Shown here in pieces: positions 36,516-45,418 of a DNA stretch of 64,000 bases. The DNA comes from Gammaproteobacteria bacterium. Its GTDB lineage: Bacteria; Pseudomonadota; Gammaproteobacteria; Eutrophobiales; Eutrophobiaceae. The translations under genes were made by a program, and so were the position numbers. The number at the start of each line of letters is the position of its first letter. Within the stretch, counting starts at the first letter, position 1. The DNA is taken from the NCBI GenBank assembly GCA_965243205.1, contig CBDEUK010000002.1, positions 96,001-160,000 of the forward strand. Direction: 5' to 3'. The notes beneath the pieces were generated by a model. That model ran no database searches, was not told the DNA's origin, and saw nothing but the letters and a program-made list of their open reading frames with translations.

Positions 36516-38180
36516 CTACGCGCTCACAGGTACGTTAACAAAACGTTCATTTCCAACAGCATCATCGAATCCAGGTTCGACACACATATTACCCAGCTGT
36601 ACAGTCATATAGCGTGAATAATAGTCTTCAAGTTTATTTTCAATGTGCTTGCGATCATAAGCGGGCAGGGTATGTAAGCCACGACCACTTGGTGTATCGA
36701 TTACTTTGCCATCAATGACTACTTGTTGTCCTGATTTAAAAACCGTATGTGCTGAGGCGAACATTTTTGCGATATTCTTCTGTGGTTTATATACAGCAAC
36801 ATCTGCTATGCAACCAGGTGCTAGACTTCCACGATCATGTAAACCCATTAAACGAGCAGCAGCACTTCGTGTCATAACAGCAATCTCATGAAGTGAATAT
36901 TCACGCTTTAAATTTGGTAGTAGTGTCATTGCTAATGCTTCTTGATTGAGTCTCGACATTACTTCAGCACGATAATCCGCACTCATCAATAAATGGAACA
37001 ATTCAGGATAACGTGTGAAAGGTGCACCATTTGGATGATCGGTGGTAAAGAAGATACGCGCAGGATCATCAGCAAGTAGAAACAATTCAAGACCGATTGC
37101 CCATTGTAGTGTATTTACAAAATTGAGTTCACGGTATTCATAGGGTACGACACCGCCGCCGCCTTCACATTCTAATTCTGTAAAAACGGACTTGGCGGGT
37201 TTAGCGACCGAACGATTGTTAAATTGAGCAAGTAGGTCTGATGATATAGTTACTGTTTGTCCAAATAGTACCTGACCGACATCCATAGTAATATTGGGAT
37301 GTTTCTGCCAAGCATCGATCAATTTAGATGCTGCAGAAGAAAACTCTAATGAACCCTCTTGGCCATAAGCATAGAATTGTACGTGAGCAAGATGCATAGG
37401 CATGCCTTCGGCAGCTTCAATAGTTTCTATGAGAGTATCAATACCTTGACCGGCAACACCTAAGTTATTGCAATGAACATGCAAAGGATGTTGAACACCA
37501 AGTTCGACTACTGCTCTTTGAAGAGCTTGTACAATCTTGCGAGAAGTTACACCGTAGTATGGAACCTCATCATCAAAACTGTATATTCGAACATTCTCTT
37601 TAAATGCAGCAACACCGCCAGCATTGATTACCTTCAGACCTAAGCAACGTGTGGCGTCTAATGTCCAAGCTACATGTTGATTGATCGCTTCTTGGGAGGC
37701 ACCAGCTCTAAGAAGACTTAATAAGTAGTCGTCATTACCTAGGATAGCAAGCCCCGCAGTATCCAAGATGGGAATATCTGCCATCTCTAAATGTGCAGCT
37801 ATAGCGTTGCATGGTAATACTGCTGGTTCAACTACAGTGGTGTACCCCATTTTTGCATAACGAACACCAGTACCTTTAGCAGTCCATCCACCGACATGGC
37901 GTCCATTTTTCAGCAATTTACCGCCTCTAATAGTTGCAGCAAGTTGCAATTCAGGTAAAAGAAGGCGTGCGTTGTTTACATTACCACCAGCAATGTGAGA
38001 GTGGATATCAACTGCGCCGGCCATAACAATACAACCACTGATATCAATATCCTGATCGATTTGTTCACCATTAGTAGGTGCTTCGACAAAATATCCATCA
38101 CGTATATATAAATCGTTCACAACATCGTCCATGTTTTGTGTTGGGTCGAAGAGTCGTCCTCCGGCTAGTCGAGTTAACAT
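36516..38180 (-). CDS. fhcA: Formyltransferase/hydrolase complex subunit A (FhcA/FwdA)
   Basis: DIHSHIAGG, YA.MGYTT, GLKVINAGG, HPLHVHCNNLG, HLAHVQF, QWAIGLE, TTDHPNGAPF. Confidence 0.93.
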   Translation of the reverse strand: MLTRLAGGRLFDPTQNMDDVVNDLYIRDGYFVEAPTNGEQIDQDIDISGCIVMAGAVDIHSHIAGGNVNNARLLLPELQLAATIRGGKLLKNGRHVGGWTAKGTGVRYAKMGYTTVVEPAVLPCNAIAAHLEMADIPILDTAGLAILGNDDYLLSLLRAGASQEAINQHVAWTLDATRCLGLKVINAGGVAAFKENVRIYSFDDEVPYYGVTSRKIVQALQRAVVELGVQHPLHVHCNNLGVAGQGIDTLIETIEAAEGMPMHLAHVQFYAYGQEGSLEFSSAASKLIDAWQKHPNITMDVGQVLFGQTVTISSDLLAQFNNRSVAKPAKSVFTELECEGGGGVVPYEYRELNFVNTLQWAIGLELFLLADDPARIFFTTDHPNGAPFTRYPELFHLLMSADYRAEVMSRLNQEALAMTLLPNLKREYSLHEIAVMTRSAAARLMGLHDRGSLAPGCIADVAVYKPQKNIAKMFASAHTVFKSGQQVVIDGKVIDTPSGRGLHTLPAYDRKHIENKLEDYYSRYMTVQLGNMCVEPGFDDAVGNERFVNVPVSA

Positions 38181-38308
38181 TTTTTAAGTGCCTGTTGTTG
38201 TTAAAAATGGATTTTTATGAGGGTTTGGCATGCAAGCAATATTTGAATTAGGCTTGTATTTATATGAATTAATTATCATTTTTAAGATTTGAGTTAAGTT
38301 GTTCTATA

Positions 38309-38334
38309 AAATGTTATGTTATATCATAACATTT
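38309..38334. promoter_or_regulatory. Zur box (two overlapping TGTTAT-N3-ATAACA-like sites)
   Basis: AAATGTTATG-TTATAT-CATAACATTT; same core as the palindrome upstream of zur. Confidence 0.75.
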
Positions 38335-38398
38335 ATTAAATATGCTACCAATGGTGTTTTGTAGCCAACAATATAAATTTAATTACCCAGGAGAAAAT

Positions 38399-38785
38399 AT
38401 GTTCGAAACAGCAAATGATGTAATGGAAAAATGGATGCAAGGAGTTAATGAAGGTGATGTTGAAGGCTTACTGAGTTTATACGATGACCAAGCTGTATTG
38501 ATTCCAACATTCTCTAACAGATTATTGAATAGTCCAGAAAAACTAAGAGAATATTTTGAAAAGCTTGGTAGTCGTGAAGCATTGAGTATTGCTTTGCATG
38601 AAAAGACCTTACTGACTCAAAAAATGAGTAATGAATTATTTGTTATAGGTGGTATTTATACATGGCGTTTTAACGTTGACGAAGAACCACTTATTTTTGA
38701 AGCTAGATTTAGTTACGTGATTGATCTTTCGAAACCCAATCCAATCTTGCATCATCATTCGTCGCAGATCCCGCGCACACTTTAA
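38399..38785 (+). CDS. Iota-class carbonic anhydrase-like protein (SnoaL/NTF2 fold, COG4875-type)
   Basis: LY...AVLIPTFSN, YF, G.YT, EARFSYV, HHHSS; ATG 38399 has a GGAG SD (track start 38342 lacks one). Confidence 0.75.
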   Translation: MFETANDVMEKWMQGVNEGDVEGLLSLYDDQAVLIPTFSNRLLNSPEKLREYFEKLGSREALSIALHEKTLLTQKMSNELFVIGGIYTWRFNVDEEPLIFEARFSYVIDLSKPNPILHHHSSQIPRTL

Positions 38786-38903
38786 TATATTACATATCGG
38801 TATATGTCTGACTAGTCTGTTGTTCATTAAAAAAAACAACAAATTTCAGAGATTACTTTTTATTTGAAGATGTATTGAGCAAACCAAAGAGAGCAAAATC
38901 ATA

Positions 38904-39131
38904 ATGGCTAAAGATGATTTATTTCCATTAAATTACGAAGATTGGAAACATTGTATAACTGTGAAGTGTGGTATTCCTTTGACTAAAAAATATATAGAAG
39001 AACGTATAGTGACACTTAATAATGTAAAGAGCGAAGAAACAAAAAAGTTTGTTAAGTTATACGGAGAAGATTATACCAGACAAGTTATTTCTTGGTTTGT
39101 TTTAGCAAAAGATGAGTTTGCAAATAGGTGA
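38904..39131 (+). CDS. Small conserved hypothetical protein
   Basis: P..YEDWKHCITVKCGIPLT..YI..R...L, F..LYG pattern. Confidence 0.7.
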   Translation: MAKDDLFPLNYEDWKHCITVKCGIPLTKKYIEERIVTLNNVKSEETKKFVKLYGEDYTRQVISWFVLAKDEFANR

Positions 39132-39165
39132 ACCAATTTATAATAGTGCGCGAGAGTTATAATTT

Positions 39166-40287
39166 TTAGCTCATACTTAACTCGAAATCTTTACGTCCTA
39201 ACGAAACACCATTCACAAAAATTTCTACACTATGAATACCACTATAATAGGTACGTGTTGTGATTGGCTTTATGGCATGTTTTTTTGTTGTAGTTAATGT
39301 CGCAGAAGGTTTTAAAGAAATATTTTTCCATTTGAAAACTTTGGGTGATGTACTGCCGTTTGCTTTGCGGTGATGAATTGCATAATCAATAATAAGGTCT
39401 TGTGCCTTATTTGAAGTTGATTTTATTACTAAATCAAAAATCAATGTATTACCGAATTTGACTTCAGGTGTCTGAATAACTAAGTCTTCTAAAATAACGT
39501 TTGGTGGGCCATATCCTAAAGCATCTAATGCGTCTTTATGGCCTTTTTTTATAAGTGTTCGGCAGGCATGCTTCACAAGTCGCTGTCTATTTTTATCAGC
39601 GTTTTTCAGCCATTTTTTTGCAATCTCAGCAACAAGATCTGGATGGTCTTTCGCGATGTCATTTAGATTATTGGCCACTGAACGGCGTACGTATTCTTCA
39701 TCATCATCTTTGAGTGCTTCAAGTAGAGGTAAAATAGGAGCAGGGTCATCAATAAAAGTTTGTAACGTCATCGCCCAAGGAAGGCGAGGCCGAGTTCCCT
39801 CGGATACTAAGCGGCGAACATGATGATTCGGATCTTTTGTCCAAGAGCTTAATAACTTAAGTGTACGTTCTTGGTCATCGATTAAGAAAAAACGGATATC
39901 GAATTCTGCGCTAAAACGCGAGGTAACTTCCTTAAAAAAAGCCATCGATGTATCAAAATGCTGAAGACCATTTTGGCTAACATAATGATTAAGCGGTAGT
40001 GTTCCCCAGCCTGTAATGCCAAGTTCTTTTCCTGCTTGCCAATCTTCATTATATGGCGCCAGTGATTTCAGTAAAATAAAAACAGAGTGCTCAAAATCAT
40101 CCGGAAGATAGACCGTTAATGCCTCTGCTATGTTTACAAGGCGTTCTTTCAACTCTAGATTTTCTAAGTTTTTTGTGGCAGTTTTGATATATTCTTTTGT
40201 ATTGAATTCAGGCCATGCACGTTGTAGATGTTCTCCCATTTGAGCAATCATTTTCGGGTTGAATTCATTTTTAAAAGGTTCTGGCAT
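39166..40287 (-). CDS. DNA alkylation repair protein (AlkC/AlkD-like HEAT-repeat glycosylase with C-terminal Ig-like domain)
   Basis: FSAEFDIR, HVRRLVSEGTRPRLPW, YVRRSVANNLNDIAKDHP, KVFKWK, ITTR.YY.G.H. Confidence 0.9.
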   Translation of the reverse strand: MPEPFKNEFNPKMIAQMGEHLQRAWPEFNTKEYIKTATKNLENLELKERLVNIAEALTVYLPDDFEHSVFILLKSLAPYNEDWQAGKELGITGWGTLPLNHYVSQNGLQHFDTSMAFFKEVTSRFSAEFDIRFFLIDDQERTLKLLSSWTKDPNHHVRRLVSEGTRPRLPWAMTLQTFIDDPAPILPLLEALKDDDEEYVRRSVANNLNDIAKDHPDLVAEIAKKWLKNADKNRQRLVKHACRTLIKKGHKDALDALGYGPPNVILEDLVIQTPEVKFGNTLIFDLVIKSTSNKAQDLIIDYAIHHRKANGSTSPKVFKWKNISLKPSATLTTTKKHAIKPITTRTYYSGIHSVEIFVNGVSLGRKDFELSMS

Positions 40288-40350
40288 GGTTCTAAAGAAT
40301 TACATATATAGGTCGATAATGGATAGATTATATCATTTGATAATGGAATT

Positions 40351-42309
40351 TTGATGGTTCCAAAATACAATAAATCCAATATTGTAAAAGTACTAATGGC
40401 TGTCTTGTCATTAGTTATTATCTTTTCAATATACATTATTAGAGAAAATTTACGTTCAGTTGAATCAGTTTCTACAAAAACTGAAAGCCTGATTAATGTT
40501 CATATAACAGGTTTACAAAAGATTGCTGATCTCGAAAAGTTTGTCAGTGATTCAGTTATAAACTTACATCGATATTATGCAAATATTGATAAAAAGTTTT
40601 ATGACTTAAATGTTGAACAAATTAAATTAATTCGAACATTCATATCCGATAATTCCGTCCTGTTCGAAAATGATGTGAAACTTAAATTGCTAGATAATCT
40701 TCTAGAGTTTGAGCAGCATGGAAATAATTTCGATCAAGAAATGTCTAAATCCGATCGTGATTGGGATCTATTACGCCAACATTTATACGATTCACAAAAA
40801 AGCTCTAATGAAATAACAAAATTGTTAAATGCTACGAGAGAAGATATTAGAGAAAATGTAGAGAAAAATAGTACGCTGACTCTTGATGAAATAACGACAT
40901 TAAATAGTCTGCAAATAATATTTGTTATTGGTCTTTCTTTAGTATTAGCTTACCTTGTTTTTGTTCTCTATGGACGCGTCAAAGATCAAGAAAAACTTTA
41001 TCAACTTGCTTATTTTGATCCAAACACGAATCTTCCAAATAAATCGAATTTTGAAAAAACAACCTCGGAACTGATTGAATTTAATAACTCTGAAAATCAA
41101 ATTATTTTTTTAGTGACTATTGATCAATATAAATTGATAACAGGACGTTTCGGGTATTTGGTTGGAGAGCGTTTAGTTCAAGAAATTTCAAATTGGTTAA
41201 CAGATATTTTAATTGGCGATGAAAATAATTTTAGATTATATAAATTTAGAACAACTTCATGGTTAATACATGCATCAAAAAATCTTGATGCTGATTCGAT
41301 TTCAAATTTTGCTAATAAGTTATTAAATATTCAAAACTCAAGAATTATTATGGATGATATTGAGTTAACGTGTAGTTTTAGTATTGGTATAGCTGTTGAT
41401 AATAATTACGATAAAGAAAAAGTAGATTTAATACGTGAAGCGGATGCGGCATTGAATATTTCTCTACAAGATGGTGGAAATTGTTTTAATATTTACACGG
41501 AACATATGGGTGAGAAAATTAAAGAGTATGTTGATATAGATAGCGCCCTTCGTAGAGCAATAGATAAAGATGAACTCTCTCTTTATTTTCAACCAAAAGT
41601 ACATGCTGTCTCGGGTGAACTTTCTGGTTCAGAAGTGTTATTAAGATGGAATTCAAATGGTAAAATGATAGGGCCTAATATATTTATACCTATCGCAGAA
41701 AGAAGTGGATTAATTGTTCGTATCGGCAACTGGGTGCTTGAAAAAGCATGTGAACAATGGAGTAGTTGGCAACAGCAAGGTTTAGAGCCATCACCCATCG
41801 CAGTCAATATTTCTGCGCTTCAATTTAGAGATCCAAAATTTCCTGAAATTGTTAAATCAATTTTACTTAAAACTAAAATGCCTGCTTATATGTTAGAGCT
41901 GGAAATAACAGAAGAAGTAGCAGCTATCAACCCTGAAGAAATAATTAAAATTTTAAATATGTTAAAACATATAGGTGTTACTATCGCTTTAGATGATTTT
42001 GGAACGGGTTATTCATCATTATCTTATCTAAAACGTTTCCCAATCGATGTGCTTAAAATTGATCAATCATTTGTTAGAGATATGAATGCATCTGATAATG
42101 CTAAAGATATCGTAAAATTGATCGTGGACTTATCTAAAAAATTAAATTATCGAATAGTTGCTGAAGGCGTTGAAACAGATGAGCAATACCAACAATTGAA
42201 AGAGTGGGATTGTGATTATATGCAGGGCTACTTATTTAGTAAGCCAGTTGAAGCAAAAGAGTTTTCAAAAGCTTTGAAACAAGATTCTATAAAAACTGCA
42301 ACTGCTTAG
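40351..42309 (+). CDS. Membrane-anchored GGDEF(degenerate)-EAL phosphodiesterase
   Basis: Two TM; GGDEF site reads RTTSW; EVLLRW, LELEITE, DDFGTGYSSL, KIDQSF, AEGVE, QGY intact. Confidence 0.9.
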   Translation: MMVPKYNKSNIVKVLMAVLSLVIIFSIYIIRENLRSVESVSTKTESLINVHITGLQKIADLEKFVSDSVINLHRYYANIDKKFYDLNVEQIKLIRTFISDNSVLFENDVKLKLLDNLLEFEQHGNNFDQEMSKSDRDWDLLRQHLYDSQKSSNEITKLLNATREDIRENVEKNSTLTLDEITTLNSLQIIFVIGLSLVLAYLVFVLYGRVKDQEKLYQLAYFDPNTNLPNKSNFEKTTSELIEFNNSENQIIFLVTIDQYKLITGRFGYLVGERLVQEISNWLTDILIGDENNFRLYKFRTTSWLIHASKNLDADSISNFANKLLNIQNSRIIMDDIELTCSFSIGIAVDNNYDKEKVDLIREADAALNISLQDGGNCFNIYTEHMGEKIKEYVDIDSALRRAIDKDELSLYFQPKVHAVSGELSGSEVLLRWNSNGKMIGPNIFIPIAERSGLIVRIGNWVLEKACEQWSSWQQQGLEPSPIAVNISALQFRDPKFPEIVKSILLKTKMPAYMLELEITEEVAAINPEEIIKILNMLKHIGVTIALDDFGTGYSSLSYLKRFPIDVLKIDQSFVRDMNASDNAKDIVKLIVDLSKKLNYRIVAEGVETDEQYQQLKEWDCDYMQGYLFSKPVEAKEFSKALKQDSIKTATA

Positions 42310-42385
42310 TTTAATATATCTGCTACTGTTCTATAGAAAGAAAAGCGGTCAACTTATTAACAACATATGTTTTAGCTACAAAAAT

Positions 42386-42601
42386 TTAACTAACATTGGC
42401 AATAATTACTTTCACTAAGAAGTACAGAATTAAGTGAAAAATAAATGCGAATGCAAAGCCAAGTATCACATAGTATTTAATACCTTTTTTTTCTATAAAC
42501 GCTTCATCCCGTTCATAATTTTCTCGGTTTTGCACGCCAATAAAGGCAGCTAAAATACTGTGTGCGAGTTGAAAGAATGTTGGGTCTTTTTGTTCTGCCA
42601 T
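42386..42601 (-). CDS. DUF2970 membrane protein
   Basis: SILAAFIGVQ..N..RD motif and TM. Confidence 0.85.
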   Translation of the reverse strand: MAEQKDPTFFQLAHSILAAFIGVQNRENYERDEAFIEKKGIKYYVILGFAFAFIFHLILYFLVKVIIANVS

Positions 42602-42659
42602 CTTAATTAGCCTGTAAAATTTTTAATTCATAAACAGTTTATGTTCTGTCTATAAATAA

Positions 42660-42742
42660 GTACAGATATAAAAAAACATTTGTTTATAGGGTCAGTTCTG
42701 GTTACAGTTATTCTGTACCTAACTATTTTTATGGAACTGTAC
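42660..42742. promoter_or_regulatory. Putative MocR operator repeats
   Basis: GTACAG 42660, CTGTAC 42713 and 42737 in the divergent intergenic region. Confidence 0.35.
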
Positions 42743-42744
42743 CC

Positions 42745-44151
42745 ATGAAAACGCATAAATACCGTCAACTCGAACAGCATTTGCGCGATGAAATATATTC
42801 CGGCCAACGTAAGATGGGTGAACGCATGCCCAGTATTAAAAGTTTATGCGCCGAGAAAAAAGTCTCGAAATCAACGGTTATCAATGCCTATACACGATTA
42901 GAAGCCGATGGATTCATCGCCGCCAGACCACGCTCGGGTTATTACGTTGTTTATTCAAATGAAACTCAACTAAAAGCTCCTTCGCCAAGTAGCCCAGTAT
43001 CGAAACCAGTATTTGCATCAGCTGCTCAGGTCTTCGTTGATATCATGGAACAAGGGGCTGCCTTCGATATTTTGCCAAAAAATAACGATTTAAATTCTAA
43101 TGAATCTCTTAAGCGTTGTTTAAGTCGAGCTAACCGCCAATCAAGTGGGAAAAATCTTTATTATTATGATGAACCAATGGGAGTGGAATCGTTAAGAGAA
43201 CAATTAGCGCAAAGAATTGGTTATGGGGGAGGCAGTGTCCGGTCAGATGAAGTCATGATTACTTCAGGTTGTCAGCATGCATTGTTGCTTGCCTTGATGG
43301 CCTGTACTTCGCGAGGGGATGTTGTTGCTGTTGAGTCTCCTGGTTTTTATGGTGTATTAGAATTACTTGAGTTACTCGGTTTACAAGTGATTGAGTTACC
43401 TTGCTCCGCAGAAACGGGTCTTAGTCCTGAGGCTCTAAGTTTGGCATTGGAGCATTGGGAAATTAAAGCGTTGATTGTTACGCCTAATTTCGCAACGCCT
43501 ACAGGCGCCCAAATGCCGGAAAAGAATAAACTAGAAATTATAGAGATTGCCCATAAACATAATATGACAATTATTGAAGATGATATCTATGGCGAGCTGA
43601 TGTTTGATATGCAACGTCCTCGAACTTTATTATCGTATGATTCTTATGACATTGTTATTTACTGTTCTTCGTTTTCAAAAAGTTTATCCAGAGATTTAAG
43701 ACTTGGTTGCATAGTCACTGCTAATTTTATGAAAGAAGTTAAGCGGCTTAAACTTATTACAGTTCTATCATCAAGTGTGGCATTACAAAGAGGTGTTAGC
43801 GCATTTTTAGAAGAGGGAGGTTACGATAGACATTTAAGAATATTCAGACAAACACTTAAACATCAGTGTCATGAACTTTTGAGTTTAATACCAACCTTGA
43901 TACCCAATTACATTAGTTGCAGTCAACCAAAAGGTGGCTTAGCTCTTTGGCTTGAACTTCCTACTAATGTATATACCTTGGACTTATATATAAAAGCCAG
44001 AGAGGAGGGCATCATTATTGCCCCTGGTCGCTTATTCACTGCACAAGACAGATACAATAATTTTTTAAGGATAAGTTTTTTACATGCATGGGATGAATCT
44101 AGAAAATCTGCACTTAAACGTTTAGGCGAAATGATTCGTGATTGGCAATGA
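42745..44151 (+). CDS. MocR/GntR PLP-dependent regulator
   Basis: GERMPSI..L, VS.STV..AY, RPRSGY; ITSGCQ, IIEDDIY, SSFSKSL. Confidence 0.95.
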   Translation: MKTHKYRQLEQHLRDEIYSGQRKMGERMPSIKSLCAEKKVSKSTVINAYTRLEADGFIAARPRSGYYVVYSNETQLKAPSPSSPVSKPVFASAAQVFVDIMEQGAAFDILPKNNDLNSNESLKRCLSRANRQSSGKNLYYYDEPMGVESLREQLAQRIGYGGGSVRSDEVMITSGCQHALLLALMACTSRGDVVAVESPGFYGVLELLELLGLQVIELPCSAETGLSPEALSLALEHWEIKALIVTPNFATPTGAQMPEKNKLEIIEIAHKHNMTIIEDDIYGELMFDMQRPRTLLSYDSYDIVIYCSSFSKSLSRDLRLGCIVTANFMKEVKRLKLITVLSSSVALQRGVSAFLEEGGYDRHLRIFRQTLKHQCHELLSLIPTLIPNYISCSQPKGGLALWLELPTNVYTLDLYIKAREEGIIIAPGRLFTAQDRYNNFLRISFLHAWDESRKSALKRLGEMIRDWQ

Positions 44152-44183
44152 GATTGTTCTTAATAATTTATTTTAAAAGTTTA

Positions 44184-44636
44184 TTACAAATCCAATTTAA
44201 AAATTGTTTCACCAGCTAAAATCCGCTTTATCAAATTCTCTTTATCATTGGTCATAAGATCTTTTGCCTGTTCTGGGATATATGAATTCGGAAATGTTTT
44301 TTCTGACCATAAGGCAAATTCAATGAGGACTGGCGCGAAAGAACGACCAATATCAGTCAGTTCATAAATCACTTTTTTTCCATGATTCGGATGAGGCTTT
44401 TTTTCGATTAACTTATATTGTTGTAGTCTTTCGAGACGCTCACAAAGAATATTGGTAGCAATACCTTCTCCAGAATTTAATAAATGACCGTACTCATTAC
44501 GATTAGTAAACATTAAATCTCTTAAGATAAGCATCGTCCAACGGTCACCAATCAGTTCTAAGCCATTGGCGATAGCGCATGCTGAACGAGATTTATGGCA
44601 ATCTGGTTTACTGTCTTTCAAAGTTTTTTTAGTCAT
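44184..44636 (-). CDS. HxlR-family winged-helix regulator
   Basis: RSACAIANGLELIGDRWTMLILRDL, EGIATNIL.ERL, YELT..G; ATG 44636 preferred over the track start. Confidence 0.92.
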   Translation of the reverse strand: MTKKTLKDSKPDCHKSRSACAIANGLELIGDRWTMLILRDLMFTNRNEYGHLLNSGEGIATNILCERLERLQQYKLIEKKPHPNHGKKVIYELTDIGRSFAPVLIEFALWSEKTFPNSYIPEQAKDLMTNDKENLIKRILAGETIFKLDL

Positions 44637-44661
44637 CTTTTCTATAATATCACGATTAATA

Positions 44662-44720
44662 TACTTGCAAATCACAAGTAAATATTGTTATAGTCTAACT
44701 TACTTGCAAAATAAAAGTAA
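44662..44720. promoter_or_regulatory. Two HxlR-type operators
   Basis: TACTTGCAAATCACAAGTA 44662-80 and TTACTTGCAAAATAAAAGTAA 44700-20 (TACTT-N9-AAGTA). Confidence 0.65.
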
Positions 44721-44736
44721 CTTTAGAGAATAATAG

Positions 44737-45384
44737 ATGAAGATTTTCAGTTTTCCTACCTTGAATTTAACAAAAGTAGTGCTGGCTGCGGAAGAAGTAG
44801 GTCTCGACTATGAACTTGATTTAATGGAAATTACATCAGGGGCTCATAAATCACCCGAACACATAGAGAGACATCCATTAGGGAAAGTTCCAGCAATTGA
44901 ACTTGATGGGGTTTTTTACTTCGAAAGTAATTCAATAGTGAGATTGTTAGCAGAAAAGTATGGACAACAACTGTATGCAAATACACCAGAGGCTAGAGCA
45001 GTGATAAATCAATGGATAGATTTTATGGGTTATCATGCCGGTCGTTGGTTAACGGTTTATCTTTTTGAAGAATGTTTTAAACCAACTTTTTTAGAGAGTG
45101 AACCTAACCAATCAAAGTTGGATGAAGCTGGAGAATATTTAACGCAACAATTACCAATCCTAGAGCAGCAATTAGCAAAATATTTTTTTATATGCAGGGA
45201 AACAATCAGCATTGCAGATATCATAGCATTTAGTTTTATTCACACTACGGATCTTACCTCTATTGATATCAGTGGTTTTCCAAGAATTCTCGAATGGAAA
45301 CAAGCAATGGAATCACGACCTTCGTTTATAAATGCGATGTCAAAGTTTCCTAAACAAGATATTTATTTCGAACTTAGAAAATAA
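44737..45384 (+). CDS. Glutathione S-transferase
   Basis: HPLGKVPAI, FESNSI, SIADI, RPSF. Confidence 0.93.
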   Translation: MKIFSFPTLNLTKVVLAAEEVGLDYELDLMEITSGAHKSPEHIERHPLGKVPAIELDGVFYFESNSIVRLLAEKYGQQLYANTPEARAVINQWIDFMGYHAGRWLTVYLFEECFKPTFLESEPNQSKLDEAGEYLTQQLPILEQQLAKYFFICRETISIADIIAFSFIHTTDLTSIDISGFPRILEWKQAMESRPSFINAMSKFPKQDIYFELRK

Positions 45385-45418
45385 CAGATTCAAAAATTAC
45401 ATTAATTAGGACATCTTA

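Noticed and set aside
36516-38180. Methanogen-type Fwd/Fmd CO2 reduction
   Set aside because: Bacterial context; no Mo/W subunit or polyferredoxin; best read as methylotroph FhcA
38266-38284. Possible Fur box near fhcA
   Set aside because: Only about 12/19 match, expected by chance in AT-rich DNA
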